Origin: an uncultured Gammaproteobacteria bacterium
GTDB lineage: Bacteria; Patescibacteriota; Patescibacteriia; Magasanikbacterales; GWA2-37-8
Assembly (NCBI GenBank): GCA_964444705.1
Contig: CAYUHX010000003.1
Coordinates: 3,248 to 67,247 of the forward strand
Direction of reading: 5' to 3'
DNA: 64,000 nt
Below are positions 1 through 10,018 of the stretch, in pieces. Under the pieces are notes generated by a model, which made no database searches, had not been told where the DNA came from, and worked only from the letters and a program-made list of their open reading frames with translations. The first letter of the stretch is position 1. Each line of letters starts with the position of its first letter. Made by a program: the position numbers and the translations under genes.

Positions 1-7
1 CTGTGAT

Positions 8-796
8 GTGTTTGTCGTGCAAACAAGCGCCGCACCAGTTGATAGCTATCTCATGGAATTACTGATGTTTATCCGCACTCTGCGCGACGCGTCGGCTGGA
101 AGAATTACCGCCGTTATTCCCTACCTACCCTACGTTCGTTCGGATAAAAAAGATCAACCACGCATTTGTCTTACCGCCCGCCTCGTCGCCGATCTTCTCG
201 AAGCAGCTGGCGCCAATCGAGTGCTTACCATGGATATGCATTCACCGCAAATTCAAGGTTTTTTTTCCATTCCTTGCGATCATTTGCTTGGCAGCCCCGC
301 ACTCATTCGCTATCTAAAAAATAAGTGGGACTTACAAAACTACGTGCTGGTGGCAGGCGATGCGGGCGCAGCAAAGCTGCTAAAAAATTATGCAGATGCG
401 CTCGATTTACCAGTGGCAATTATGGACAAACGGCGCGAAGGTAATGATGAAAAACCACGTATCAAAGGGGTTATCGGCGATGTGATCGGCAAAAAAGCCC
501 TACTTATCGATGATGAAATGTCGAGCGGTCGCACCCTCATTCGAGATGCAGAATTTTTGCTCAAAGAAGCGGGCGTAGTCGAAGTTGATGCCGTCGTGGT
601 ACACGCGGTGCTTGGCGGCGATGGCGTCGCAGAGCTCAACAATTCAGCGATCAATCGTTTTGTGATGACTAATTCTATTCCCAGCGACCACAAACCACTT
701 AAAAACAAAGAAGTAGTCGACGTGAGCTCTCTATTTGCCGAATGTATTCATCGTATTCATACCAATGAATCAATCAAAACGCTTAACGATATTTAG
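8..796 (+). CDS. prs: ribose-phosphate pyrophosphokinase (PRPP synthetase); true start may lie upstream of the window
   Basis: The 262-aa ORF carries PRPP synthetase signatures: divalent-cation/ribose-5-P binding region (VLVAGDAGAAKLL...) and the PRPP-binding motif LIDDEMSSGRTL. Confidence 0.9.
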   Translation: MFVVQTSAAPVDSYLMELLMFIRTLRDASAGRITAVIPYLPYVRSDKKDQPRICLTARLVADLLEAAGANRVLTMDMHSPQIQGFFSIPCDHLLGSPALIRYLKNKWDLQNYVLVAGDAGAAKLLKNYADALDLPVAIMDKRREGNDEKPRIKGVIGDVIGKKALLIDDEMSSGRTLIRDAEFLLKEAGVVEVDAVVVHAVLGGDGVAELNNSAINRFVMTNSIPSDHKPLKNKEVVDVSSLFAECIHRIHTNESIKTLNDI

Positions 797-797
797 C

Positions 798-1466
798 ATG
801 CATCAACGATTAAAAAAAATAGGTCTTGTGATTCTCAGCATCAGCTTTTTGTGTAGCATAAGTATTTTTCTTATCAATCGGCGCGTCGTACACACCGCCG
901 CACCATTTCTGTACACCTCACTAGAAAAAATTCCTTCAGCCGATGCAGTGCTCATTCTCGGCGCGCGTGTCTACCACAATAAAACCCTAAGCGATATTTT
1001 AAAAGATCGCACCGACACAGCACTTGAAGTTTATCGTGCGGGAAAAGTCAAAAAAATTTTAGTAAGCGGCGACCACGGCCAACCAAACTATGATGAAGTT
1101 GATGCGGTAAAAACGTATTTGCTGGCGCGTGAGGTGCCAGAAAACGATATCTTTCTTGATCATGCTGGCTTTGATACCTACGACAGCCTCTACCGCGCTC
1201 GCGATATTTTTGCAGCTCATTCTCTCATCGTCACCACTCAAAACTTCCACCTGCCTCGCGCAGTTTATATTGGACACACACTCGGACTTGCCACGTACGG
1301 TTTTGGAGCTGACAAACATCACTACCAGCAAGCCACGTATGCAGCGTTTCGTGAATGGTTTGCCCGTGTAAAAGCCTGGTTTAACGTCACATTCTCTGCT
1401 TCGCCAAAATTTTTAGGCGAGTCGATTCCTCTCACTGACGATGGTAAAAAAAGTTGGGGTGAATAA
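798..1466 (+). CDS. SanA/YdcF-like DUF218 protein with N-terminal membrane anchor
   Basis: ATG at 798 sits 2 nt after the prs stop. An N-terminal TM helix is followed by a DUF218-like core (LILGARVY...VSGDHGQ...HLPRA). Confidence 0.55.
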   Translation: MHQRLKKIGLVILSISFLCSISIFLINRRVVHTAAPFLYTSLEKIPSADAVLILGARVYHNKTLSDILKDRTDTALEVYRAGKVKKILVSGDHGQPNYDEVDAVKTYLLAREVPENDIFLDHAGFDTYDSLYRARDIFAAHSLIVTTQNFHLPRAVYIGHTLGLATYGFGADKHHYQQATYAAFREWFARVKAWFNVTFSASPKFLGESIPLTDDGKKSWGE

Positions 1467-1488
1467 AACCGCACACGCAACATTTCAA

Positions 1489-2844
1489 TTACTTTGATGA
1501 AGGAGTTTTTAAAAAAGTAACCACAAATTTTGCGTTTGTTGTTTGGGCCTGACCGCCCCCCACCACAAACGGTGCATCATTTTTATCCAAGAAAAACATT
1601 GCTTTCGGGTTATGCCGCGATGACATAATCACACATGTTTCAGGATCCTTAGGAAATTCTTGTAAAAAAAGACCCAATTCGACTTCATTCGCAAATTCTC
1701 TCCTCTCCCACGCAGTATCTTGATGAAGCCCAAACGCGAAGAGATACAAATCAGCATATTTTCGAAGTGGCCCTTTAACCAAAGTCGCTAATTTTACCTG
1801 CAATTCTTCGTCACCTAAATTGAGTAGATCTCGCTCGCTTATCTGGCCTTGATCTAAGGCATACCGCACTAAACGAATACGCGCGTCCTCTTCAAGTGCA
1901 TCTTCTGAACCATCATAAAAATCTTTCCACAAAGTGGCACGACACGCTAATATTGTTTGCCAAAATTTTTTTCCTTCTGCTGCATCGCTCCTGGTTTGCA
2001 AAACTGTTTTTATTTTTTTTAATTTCGCTGGCGGATAACCTGTGAGAGCACTCCATTCTTCGCGCAATGCGTCATTTGGGGAAAAACCTTCAGACACTCC
2101 ACGAATATCAAGCAAAGCTGCCTCAATGGTGTCTGGTTCTAAACGCTCGGGTATATCCATATAACGCGTATCAAAATACATGTACGACAAGGTATCACAC
2201 ATGCTTTGTATCGCACCCAAAGCACCTTCTTCTCGAATTATTCCTTCAATACTATGTGCATCTAACCCGAGCATTTCAAAAAGTGTGCCAAAAGAATCAG
2301 AGTGGAGCGTAGCGATCCCCCGCTCTTCATGATCAAGATATCCACGCTCTTTCACAAGAAATCGATCAGCAACATGATTAAATGCTGCATGGCCAATATC
2401 GTGGAGCATCCCTGCCGCATACAAATGGGCCGCCTCGCGATCAGACACACCGAGACGAGCAGCCACTATGCTTGAAAATTCAGAAATGAGTACTGAATGC
2501 TCCATGCGAGTATGTTCGGCGGGTTGTGATAACGAAGCGGTTATGGCCACACCTGCATCTCCCTGCCACCCCAGCGCACCCGCGCGTCTTCTAGCCCGAT
2601 CAATATGGGTTTGACTTCCCTTCCAAGCAATTTGGCGCAAACGTTCCAAGCGCAAAACTGCAGGTATTTTTTTTAACTCCTCTCGTATGCGTGCATACCT
2701 CTCTTGTCTTTTTTTAAGCAGTTCAGATTCTGCCGTAGTTAATTTTTCCCACACTGAAGCGCAAAGCTTATCGGGCGTCACACTATCTTTTTTTTCATTA
2801 ACGACTACACTTAATTTTTCCATACGCATATTTATTTTCCACAC
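1489..2844 (-). CDS. HD-domain phosphohydrolase (dGTPase-like)
   Basis: 451-aa ORF containing the HD metal-binding motif MLHDIGHAAFNHVADRF; the size fits the Dgt-like family. Confidence 0.55.
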   Translation of the reverse strand: MWKINMRMEKLSVVVNEKKDSVTPDKLCASVWEKLTTAESELLKKRQERYARIREELKKIPAVLRLERLRQIAWKGSQTHIDRARRRAGALGWQGDAGVAITASLSQPAEHTRMEHSVLISEFSSIVAARLGVSDREAAHLYAAGMLHDIGHAAFNHVADRFLVKERGYLDHEERGIATLHSDSFGTLFEMLGLDAHSIEGIIREEGALGAIQSMCDTLSYMYFDTRYMDIPERLEPDTIEAALLDIRGVSEGFSPNDALREEWSALTGYPPAKLKKIKTVLQTRSDAAEGKKFWQTILACRATLWKDFYDGSEDALEEDARIRLVRYALDQGQISERDLLNLGDEELQVKLATLVKGPLRKYADLYLFAFGLHQDTAWERREFANEVELGLFLQEFPKDPETCVIMSSRHNPKAMFFLDKNDAPFVVGGGQAQTTNAKFVVTFLKTPSSK

Positions 2845-5800
2845 GCGAGCAGACCCTGCCGCAATTCAGGCGTCATCGTAACTTGGTAGGGTGTTTTGAT
2901 TTGTTTACCTCCAACAAGTAAATATACCGTTTGTGTGCCCGGAAACTGGGCAAACAATGATTTTAAACTCTCCGCCTGACGTTTCATAATCTCGGCAGTG
3001 AGCGTTATCTCGAGACCGCGCGCAGTTTCTTCAATTACTACAGTATCATCAACGTGATCACTTCTCTTTTCAAACGTACTTGAGGTAACAGACGACGCCT
3101 GCGATGAACGACTACTACTATAGCCGGCAGAAACTTGTTGTGCCAAACCACCCACATTTTCTTTCGTCAATTGATAGGCTTTTTCTACGAACAATTTACT
3201 ATCACCTTCTTCCTCAGAAGTCTTGCCAATCACACACACCACCCGTCCCTCAACCCACACATCTTTGGTGGTTTCATATACTTTAGGAAAAACCAATAAC
3301 TCCAAACTACCAGTGGTATCTTGAATGGTGACAAACATCATAGGCTTACCCGCACGAGTAATTTTTTTCTTCGTACTATCAACCACACCGCCCACCACCA
3401 CCCAACTATTTCTGGTTTCACCACCCAAATCTTTAATGAGTGTCAATGATTTTGCGAGCACCCCTTGATAATACGCAAACGGATGTGACGTTACATAAAG
3501 CCCCAACAATTCTTTTTCCCATTTTATTTTGTCAGCCTCAAGAGCCGGCAACACTTTTTCAAGTCGCACTTTAGCCACAAAATCAATTTGCGAACCAGAA
3601 AACAATGAATGCTGCTTCGTGTTATTTTTTTCAACAGCTTGCTTGATGAACGATAGCAGGTTTTCAATATTACCAAGCAAAAAACCACGGTCAATACCAA
3701 GACTGTCCATAGCGCCGCATTTAATCAAACTCTCGAGTGATTTTTTGTTGAGATTACGATCATTAACACGCGTTAAAAAATCTTCGAGATTTTTGAAGAC
3801 ACCACCTTTTTTACGTTCTTCATAAATAACCTTAGCGATATGCTCACCTAAATTTTTAATACCTGCAAGGCCAAAACGAATGTGTGCCTCACCTCCATCT
3901 TCAGGCGTGATAATCGCAAATGTTTCGTGGCTCGCATTAATATCTGGTGGTAGCACCTTCACACCCATGCGCCCACATTCATGAATAATTTCAGGCACTT
4001 TTTCAATGTCACCACTCTCAGCAATCAAAATAGCGGTCATATACTCAAGCGGATAATTCGCCTTGAGATACGCCGTTTGATAGGCCACCACTGCATAACT
4101 CGCCGCGTGCGCCTTATTAAAACCATAGGCAGCAAACGGCTCAATTAATTCCCACAATTTTTGAATTTTTGCGTCTGGCACTTTACCAAAATCTTTGCAA
4201 CCTTTAAAAAATTTCTCCTTCTGTTTCATCATTTCTTCAGGAATTTTTTTACCCATGGCTTTACGAAACTTGTCAGCTTCTTCCCAGTTATAACCAGCTA
4301 AATTGATGGCTGACAAAAGCACGTCATCTTGATACACAATCAACCCAAGCGATTGATCTAAGTAATCTTTCATCCGTGGATCAAGATATTCAATCAAATC
4401 TTTGTTATTTTTTCGACGAATATACTCTGGAATAGATTCCATTGGACCAGGACGGAAAAGTGCCACCATGGCCATGATGTCAAAAATACTTTCCGGTTTT
4501 AATTCTTTCAAATAACGCGTCATGCCCGAACCAGAGAGTTGAAACACACCCACAGTTTCACCTCGTGCCAACATTTCGTAGGTGCGAAGATCGTCCCATG
4601 GTAGATGGTAAATATCAATACTAATACCACGCGTTTTTTCCACCAACACCACGGCGTGCCCCAAAATTGAGAGGTTGCGAATACCCAAAAAGTCCATTTT
4701 CAAAATGCCTGCCGCCTCAACGGAATGCATTTCATACTGAGTGGTTATTTTTCCTCCACCAGTTTCGTACTGTACGGGAGTAAACTCGTCGAGCGGTGTA
4801 GGCGAAATTACCACGCCCGCGGCATGAATAGAGGTATGCCTCGCGCATCCTTCCACCTTCTGTGCCAATTCGAGCAAACGATGTGCTTGAGCATTTTTAG
4901 TAAACAGCTCTTTTAAATCTGGCTCCAGTTCCAAAGCCTTAGCAATATTCATTTGAAATCCCTGCGCTCCAAACGGAATAAGTTTTGAAATTTGATCACA
5001 AAATGAATACGAATACCCGAGTGCCCGGCCCACATCACGCACTGCCCCCCGCGCCGCCATGGTTCCAAACGTAATAATCTGTGCCACTTTATCAATGCCA
5101 TATTTTTGGGTGACATAGGCAATCATTTCATCACGGCGATCGTCCGCGAAATCGGCGTCAATATCAGGCGGACTAGGGCGAAATGGGTTTAAAAAACGCT
5201 CAAACGGTAATTTGAAATAAAGCGGATTCACCGTAGTGATACCTAAGGCATAGGACACAATCGATCCAGCTCCCGAACCACGAGTTGTTTCAACAATGCC
5301 GTGCGTACGGGCATAGTGCACATAATCAGCCACCACCAAAAAATAAGGCGAATATCCTTTTTTTGTAATAATATCAAGCTCATAATCTGCTCTCGCCCGC
5401 ACATCATCTGTCACTTCAGTTAATGCAGGCAATTTTTCAAAAACGAGCGTTCGCAAATAGGTGTCCGCTGTCTCGCCAGGCGGAAGATCAACTGCCGCAA
5501 AGTGCCATTTATTGAGCTCAAGCTTAAGGTTAATACGCTCAGCAATGGCGAGCGTATTGGTAAGCGCTTCTGGCACATGTTTAAAACGCTTCGCAATTTC
5601 ATCTTCTTTACCCCAGGAATAATCAACCGCCACCATTGATGCCCGGTTTGGTTCTTCAATACTCACCCCTTCACGAATACACACCAAAATATCTTGCGCT
5701 TCAGCGTCTTCCGGGTGCATATAATGGCTATCACGCGTAACCACCAGAGGCAACCCAGTATCTTTAGCAAGCTTGATAAGTTCGGTATTGACCTCAAACT

Positions 5801-6353
5801 GACCTTCGAGCGCCGGTAAATCGCCTAATTCTAAATAAAAATGTTCAGGACCAAAAATATCAGCATACTCTAAAGCAACACTCTTTGCTTTCTCATAGTT
5901 TTTCTCTTTATATAAAATACGTGGCAGTTCACCTTCAAGGCAGCCAGATAACGCAATTACTCCCTCATGATAGTGTCGTAACAACTCTTTATCCAGCCTC
6001 GGCTTTCCGGCATGAAAACCTTCAAGGTTCGCTAGCGAACAAAGTTTAAGCAAATTTCGATATCCAACATAATTTTCTGCTAAAAGCACTAGGTGATACA
6101 CTCTCTGATCGTTGGCTTTTTTTTCATGACGACTACCTGGAGCAAGATAGGCCTCAAACCCAATAATTGGTTTTATGCCTGCTTTTTCGCAGGCTTCATA
6201 AAACTCAATTGCCGCATACATGTTGCCATGGTCGGTAAGAGCGAGGCTGGTAAAACCTCTTTTCTTAGCTTCTTTCACCACGTCATCAATCTGAGGCAGT
6301 GCGTCGAGCAGTGAGTAATGACTATGTAAGTGAAGATGGACAAAATCAGGCAT
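2832..6353 (-). CDS. dnaE: DNA polymerase III alpha subunit
   Basis: 1173-aa ORF with an N-terminal PHP domain (HLHLHSHYSLLDA...LALTDHGNMYAA), a polymerase core and a C-terminal OB region. Confidence 0.95.
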   Translation of the reverse strand: MPDFVHLHLHSHYSLLDALPQIDDVVKEAKKRGFTSLALTDHGNMYAAIEFYEACEKAGIKPIIGFEAYLAPGSRHEKKANDQRVYHLVLLAENYVGYRNLLKLCSLANLEGFHAGKPRLDKELLRHYHEGVIALSGCLEGELPRILYKEKNYEKAKSVALEYADIFGPEHFYLELGDLPALEGQFEVNTELIKLAKDTGLPLVVTRDSHYMHPEDAEAQDILVCIREGVSIEEPNRASMVAVDYSWGKEDEIAKRFKHVPEALTNTLAIAERINLKLELNKWHFAAVDLPPGETADTYLRTLVFEKLPALTEVTDDVRARADYELDIITKKGYSPYFLVVADYVHYARTHGIVETTRGSGAGSIVSYALGITTVNPLYFKLPFERFLNPFRPSPPDIDADFADDRRDEMIAYVTQKYGIDKVAQIITFGTMAARGAVRDVGRALGYSYSFCDQISKLIPFGAQGFQMNIAKALELEPDLKELFTKNAQAHRLLELAQKVEGCARHTSIHAAGVVISPTPLDEFTPVQYETGGGKITTQYEMHSVEAAGILKMDFLGIRNLSILGHAVVLVEKTRGISIDIYHLPWDDLRTYEMLARGETVGVFQLSGSGMTRYLKELKPESIFDIMAMVALFRPGPMESIPEYIRRKNNKDLIEYLDPRMKDYLDQSLGLIVYQDDVLLSAINLAGYNWEEADKFRKAMGKKIPEEMMKQKEKFFKGCKDFGKVPDAKIQKLWELIEPFAAYGFNKAHAASYAVVAYQTAYLKANYPLEYMTAILIAESGDIEKVPEIIHECGRMGVKVLPPDINASHETFAIITPEDGGEAHIRFGLAGIKNLGEHIAKVIYEERKKGGVFKNLEDFLTRVNDRNLNKKSLESLIKCGAMDSLGIDRGFLLGNIENLLSFIKQAVEKNNTKQHSLFSGSQIDFVAKVRLEKVLPALEADKIKWEKELLGLYVTSHPFAYYQGVLAKSLTLIKDLGGETRNSWVVVGGVVDSTKKKITRAGKPMMFVTIQDTTGSLELLVFPKVYETTKDVWVEGRVVCVIGKTSEEEGDSKLFVEKAYQLTKENVGGLAQQVSAGYSSSRSSQASSVTSSTFEKRSDHVDDTVVIEETARGLEITLTAEIMKRQAESLKSLFAQFPGTQTVYLLVGGKQIKTPYQVTMTPELRQGLLACGK

Positions 6354-6463
6354 ATTTTTAGCTTCTTCATATTACCCTACCAGTCTCACAAAATCAACTT
6401 AATTTTACTAAAATGAGGCAAAATATGCTATACTTAAATTAATAAATCACTCAAAGACATTGT

Positions 6464-6976
6464 ATGCAAACACCGCTCATAAAAACACTTTTTCTCACCT
6501 TTCTTGCGTTCATCTGGCTGGGCCTCCGCACTACTACCTTTGCCGCCACCAAAAAATTGCCTTCTCCACAAAAAATAGAAACAGCTCTCATCGTTAAAAA
6601 TCAAGAAATGAAAAAAAATACGATTATCATCACTCGCGTTTCAACACCAAACGATGCATGGGTGGTTGTTCGTCGAAGCGAAAAAGGGAAACTAGGCACC
6701 GTGCTTGGTTATACGTTTGTAAAAAAAGGCACCAATGCCAATGTATCTCTCGTGCTCGATTACCCTACTGAAGTTACGAGCCAACTTGTCGCCGTCTTGC
6801 ATGAAGACAAAGGCAAAAAAGCAATCTATGAATTCCCAGGTGCAGATATTCCTTTTGTAAAAAACAAAACGACAGTTCTCGCACCGTTTAGTTTGATCAA
6901 TTTTAAATCGGCTACCACAAAACTAGAGGCGCACGACTCTCAATCTTCCTCACAAAATTCCACCAAGTTTTTTTAA
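6464..6976 (+). CDS. hypothetical secreted/membrane-anchored protein
   Basis: 170-aa ORF with an N-terminal hydrophobic signal/TM (LFLTFLAFIWLGL); no recognisable catalytic motif. Confidence 0.4.
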   Translation: MQTPLIKTLFLTFLAFIWLGLRTTTFAATKKLPSPQKIETALIVKNQEMKKNTIIITRVSTPNDAWVVVRRSEKGKLGTVLGYTFVKKGTNANVSLVLDYPTEVTSQLVAVLHEDKGKKAIYEFPGADIPFVKNKTTVLAPFSLINFKSATTKLEAHDSQSSSQNSTKFF

Positions 6977-7018
6977 AAAATCCACTTGAGCAGCACCTCA
7001 TATGTGCTTACAAAAAAT

Positions 7019-7045
7019 CCCCAGTTGAATACTGGGGATTTTTTA
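7019..7045. terminator. bidirectional rho-independent terminator between convergent genes
   Basis: Hairpin CCCCAGT-tgaat-ACTGGGG flanked by an A-run upstream and a T-run downstream. Confidence 0.5.
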
Positions 7046-7059
7046 ATTGTGTGTTTGAA

Positions 7060-7455
7060 TTATTTTTTTACTTTTTTGGTAAAGCGTTTCATTTTATCAG
7101 CAGTGGCTTTAACGGCCTTGTGAACGGCATCTTTCGCAGCTTCATCAAACTCCTCTGATTGATTGCTTGCCCATTCTTCCGCTTTTTTGGTGACCACTCG
7201 CTGCACCATTCCACCCACTCCACTCGTTATCATCGTTAATATGTTCGACATGTTTTCGACTTTATCACGCACATAGTTGACCGCATCTAAAAGTCCTTGC
7301 AAACGTGTACGAAATTCTTCAATGATCTGACTGGTGTTTTTTAAAATCTTTGTGACATAGTACAACATCCAGCAGAGAAAAATTGTTACCCACCCAATAC
7401 ACACTGCAATAACAATAAACAAAATGTCTTTTGAAGAATCAAATACCATACGCAA
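7060..7455 (-). CDS. hypothetical small membrane-anchored coiled-coil protein (possibly DUF948/YtxH-like)
   Basis: 131-aa ORF with an N-terminal TM helix (ILFIVIAVCIGWVTIFLCWML) followed by charged helical sequence. Confidence 0.35.
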   Translation of the reverse strand: MRMVFDSSKDILFIVIAVCIGWVTIFLCWMLYYVTKILKNTSQIIEEFRTRLQGLLDAVNYVRDKVENMSNILTMITSGVGGMVQRVVTKKAEEWASNQSEEFDEAAKDAVHKAVKATADKMKRFTKKVKK

Positions 7456-7547
7456 AGCTCCTTTGGCACAATCTACCTTGTGACAAGATAGATCGTATTA
7501 AAAATAAACTCTTGCAGTATAGTATACCACACTTGAGTGATAGATGC

Positions 7548-10013
7548 CTATGCCGCGCGCACCTCGGCAGCAAAAGAGTTCCTTAACAAAGTTTTAATAT
7601 GCTCTTCAACTTTATCAACTTCAGCTGCAGTCAACGTACGTTCGCGGTGTTGAAAGGTAAGATGAAAAGCCACGCTTTTTTTATTCACACCAATCGAAAG
7701 CCCTTCATACGTATCAAATAACTCAACATTAACAAGTAATGGATCTGCCGCTAAAATAACCCCAATCATCTGTTCATGCGTAACATTTTTTGGCACCACA
7801 AATGCCACGTCGCGAACGATGTCAGGATAATTTGACTGCGGCTGATAACGCGAAGCAAGAGAAAGAGGCGCTTCAGAGAGCAGTGTAAGATTAAGTTCAC
7901 ACACACCCACTCGCGCCGGAACACCATACATCTCACCTACCTTCGGATGTAATTCAAACAATGACCCAACACACACATTTTCACACCATATTTCAGCCAT
8001 TCGTCCTGGATGTTGCCAAGACGCATTTTCTTTTGGAATTTGATAATGAAAAACATAGCCCGTAATCGTGCTCATTCGTTCGGCCAAACGACGCACTAAC
8101 GAAAAAGGATGATCTTCTTTTTTCGCAGCCATCACGCACATTCCATAGGTGTCCTGGCGCGGCAAAAGTTCATCACTTTTCCATTCTGTACGCGGTCCAG
8201 ATTCTTCGGCTTTAAAAACTTTTCCCGTTTCCACCAAAAAAACCTCGTCTCGATCCGGCAAGTTGCGCGCACTATTTTCTAACAAATTTGGCAACAAACT
8301 CCGGCGAAGATACGGTTTATCTTCTGACAATGGATTATCAAGCCTGATTGAACGAATCAGATCATCTCCCAATTTTTCAATCTGCTGACCACTGACAAAA
8401 GAATAATTGTACACTTCAGCACACCGCCCTTCACGCACGGCCAGATCAACAAAAATTCGTTCTATTTTTCGCAGTACAGAAATGTCGGGTGGCGCAAGTG
8501 GAAAAGAAGGCATGGTCGCCGGAATCTCTGCATACCCATACACACGCACCACTTCTTCTACCACATCTTCAGGCAGACACACATCTTTTGTTGCTCTCCA
8601 CGAAGGCACAGTAATTTTAAAACTTTTTCTTTTTTCTTCCACCACAAAACCTAATTGACTCAAAATTTTAACCACTTTTTTTTGTTCAATGGCCGCACCA
8701 ATTTTTTTCTCAAAAAAATCAAGCGGCATTTCAATAATGTGTGGTCTTGCTTTTACTGGATAATGATCAACTACAGCGCTTGTCACCCGCGCACCAGGGC
8801 AAAGTTCAAGCATAAGTTCAACCGCTCGCGCAAGAGCTTCTGCGCACAAAGTGGGATCAAGATTTTTTTCAAACCTCATTGATGATTCTGTGCGGAGGCC
8901 AAGTTCTGCTCCAGTGCGACGAACACTGGCGGCATTGAAATGAGCTGATTCAAAAATAATCGCCGTTGTATCAGGTTGAATCGCACTTTCTTTGCCGCCC
9001 ATTACCCCTGCAATCGCCAATGCTTTTTCGTCATTCGCCACGACTAACATTGATTGATCGAGCGCGCGAGTTACTCCGTCGAGCGTTTCAATTGTTTCAT
9101 CTTCTTTGGCCGCACGCACACCAAGACGAAAATTCTTTTCTTCTTTGCCTGCACCTCGCACAAAACGCGCATCAAACGCGTGCATAGGCTGCCCGAGATC
9201 GCTTAAAATATAATTGGTAATATCAACCACCACATTAATCGGATTGTGGCCAGCCGCCACCAAAGCTCGTTTTAGCCACTCGGGAGATTCGGTAATGACA
9301 ACACCTTCTATTATCACCGCCATATAGCGGCTACACAAATTTTTTTCAGCCACTTCCACATGAAGCGTGTGTTCTTTTCCAGGTTTAATTGGAGTTGTAC
9401 TATAAGGCTTTACTTCACGATTGGTAAGCACTGCAACCTCACGCGCTAAACCATAATGTCCCCATAAATCTGGCCGGTGCGATAATGATTTATTATCAAT
9501 TTCAAACACCACATCATTGAGGCCCAAAGCTTCGGCTACTAAAGTCCCTGGCACTGCATTCATCGCCCCAAGATCGACAACTTCTCGTTCTTCTTTTTTA
9601 GGAAATAATTCAATAAGACCCACTTCGTCGGCTCCGCAAATCATTCCTTCAGAAGCAACGCCGCGAATGGTGGCAGGTTTGAGTTCAACAAGCTCTCCCT
9701 CACCATGCCATTTCACGCGTGCGCCCACTTTGGCCACCACCACTTTCATATCAACCCTAAGATTACTACCTCCACACACAATCCGCACCGTTTCTGCACC
9801 AAGATCCACCACACACACTTGCAACTTGTCAGCTTGAGGATGTTTTTCAATACTTTTAATCTGACCCACCACGATGTTATCAAGATCAGCACCGCGTGTT
9901 TCTATGCCTTCAACCTCAACGGTGGAAAGCTTCAGCTTTTCTGCCACTTCTTTGGCAGAAATTGAATCGGGTAAATGAACGTATTTTTTGAGCCAAGAAA
10001 AAGAAATAAGCAT
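7548..10013 (-). CDS. pheT: phenylalanine--tRNA ligase beta subunit
   Basis: 821-aa ORF with PheT domain order (N-terminal tRNA-binding OB fold, B3/B4, B5 and core domains); adjacent to pheS. Confidence 0.95.
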   Translation of the reverse strand: MLISFSWLKKYVHLPDSISAKEVAEKLKLSTVEVEGIETRGADLDNIVVGQIKSIEKHPQADKLQVCVVDLGAETVRIVCGGSNLRVDMKVVVAKVGARVKWHGEGELVELKPATIRGVASEGMICGADEVGLIELFPKKEEREVVDLGAMNAVPGTLVAEALGLNDVVFEIDNKSLSHRPDLWGHYGLAREVAVLTNREVKPYSTTPIKPGKEHTLHVEVAEKNLCSRYMAVIIEGVVITESPEWLKRALVAAGHNPINVVVDITNYILSDLGQPMHAFDARFVRGAGKEEKNFRLGVRAAKEDETIETLDGVTRALDQSMLVVANDEKALAIAGVMGGKESAIQPDTTAIIFESAHFNAASVRRTGAELGLRTESSMRFEKNLDPTLCAEALARAVELMLELCPGARVTSAVVDHYPVKARPHIIEMPLDFFEKKIGAAIEQKKVVKILSQLGFVVEEKRKSFKITVPSWRATKDVCLPEDVVEEVVRVYGYAEIPATMPSFPLAPPDISVLRKIERIFVDLAVREGRCAEVYNYSFVSGQQIEKLGDDLIRSIRLDNPLSEDKPYLRRSLLPNLLENSARNLPDRDEVFLVETGKVFKAEESGPRTEWKSDELLPRQDTYGMCVMAAKKEDHPFSLVRRLAERMSTITGYVFHYQIPKENASWQHPGRMAEIWCENVCVGSLFELHPKVGEMYGVPARVGVCELNLTLLSEAPLSLASRYQPQSNYPDIVRDVAFVVPKNVTHEQMIGVILAADPLLVNVELFDTYEGLSIGVNKKSVAFHLTFQHRERTLTAAEVDKVEEHIKTLLRNSFAAEVRAA

Positions 10014-10018
10014 ACATG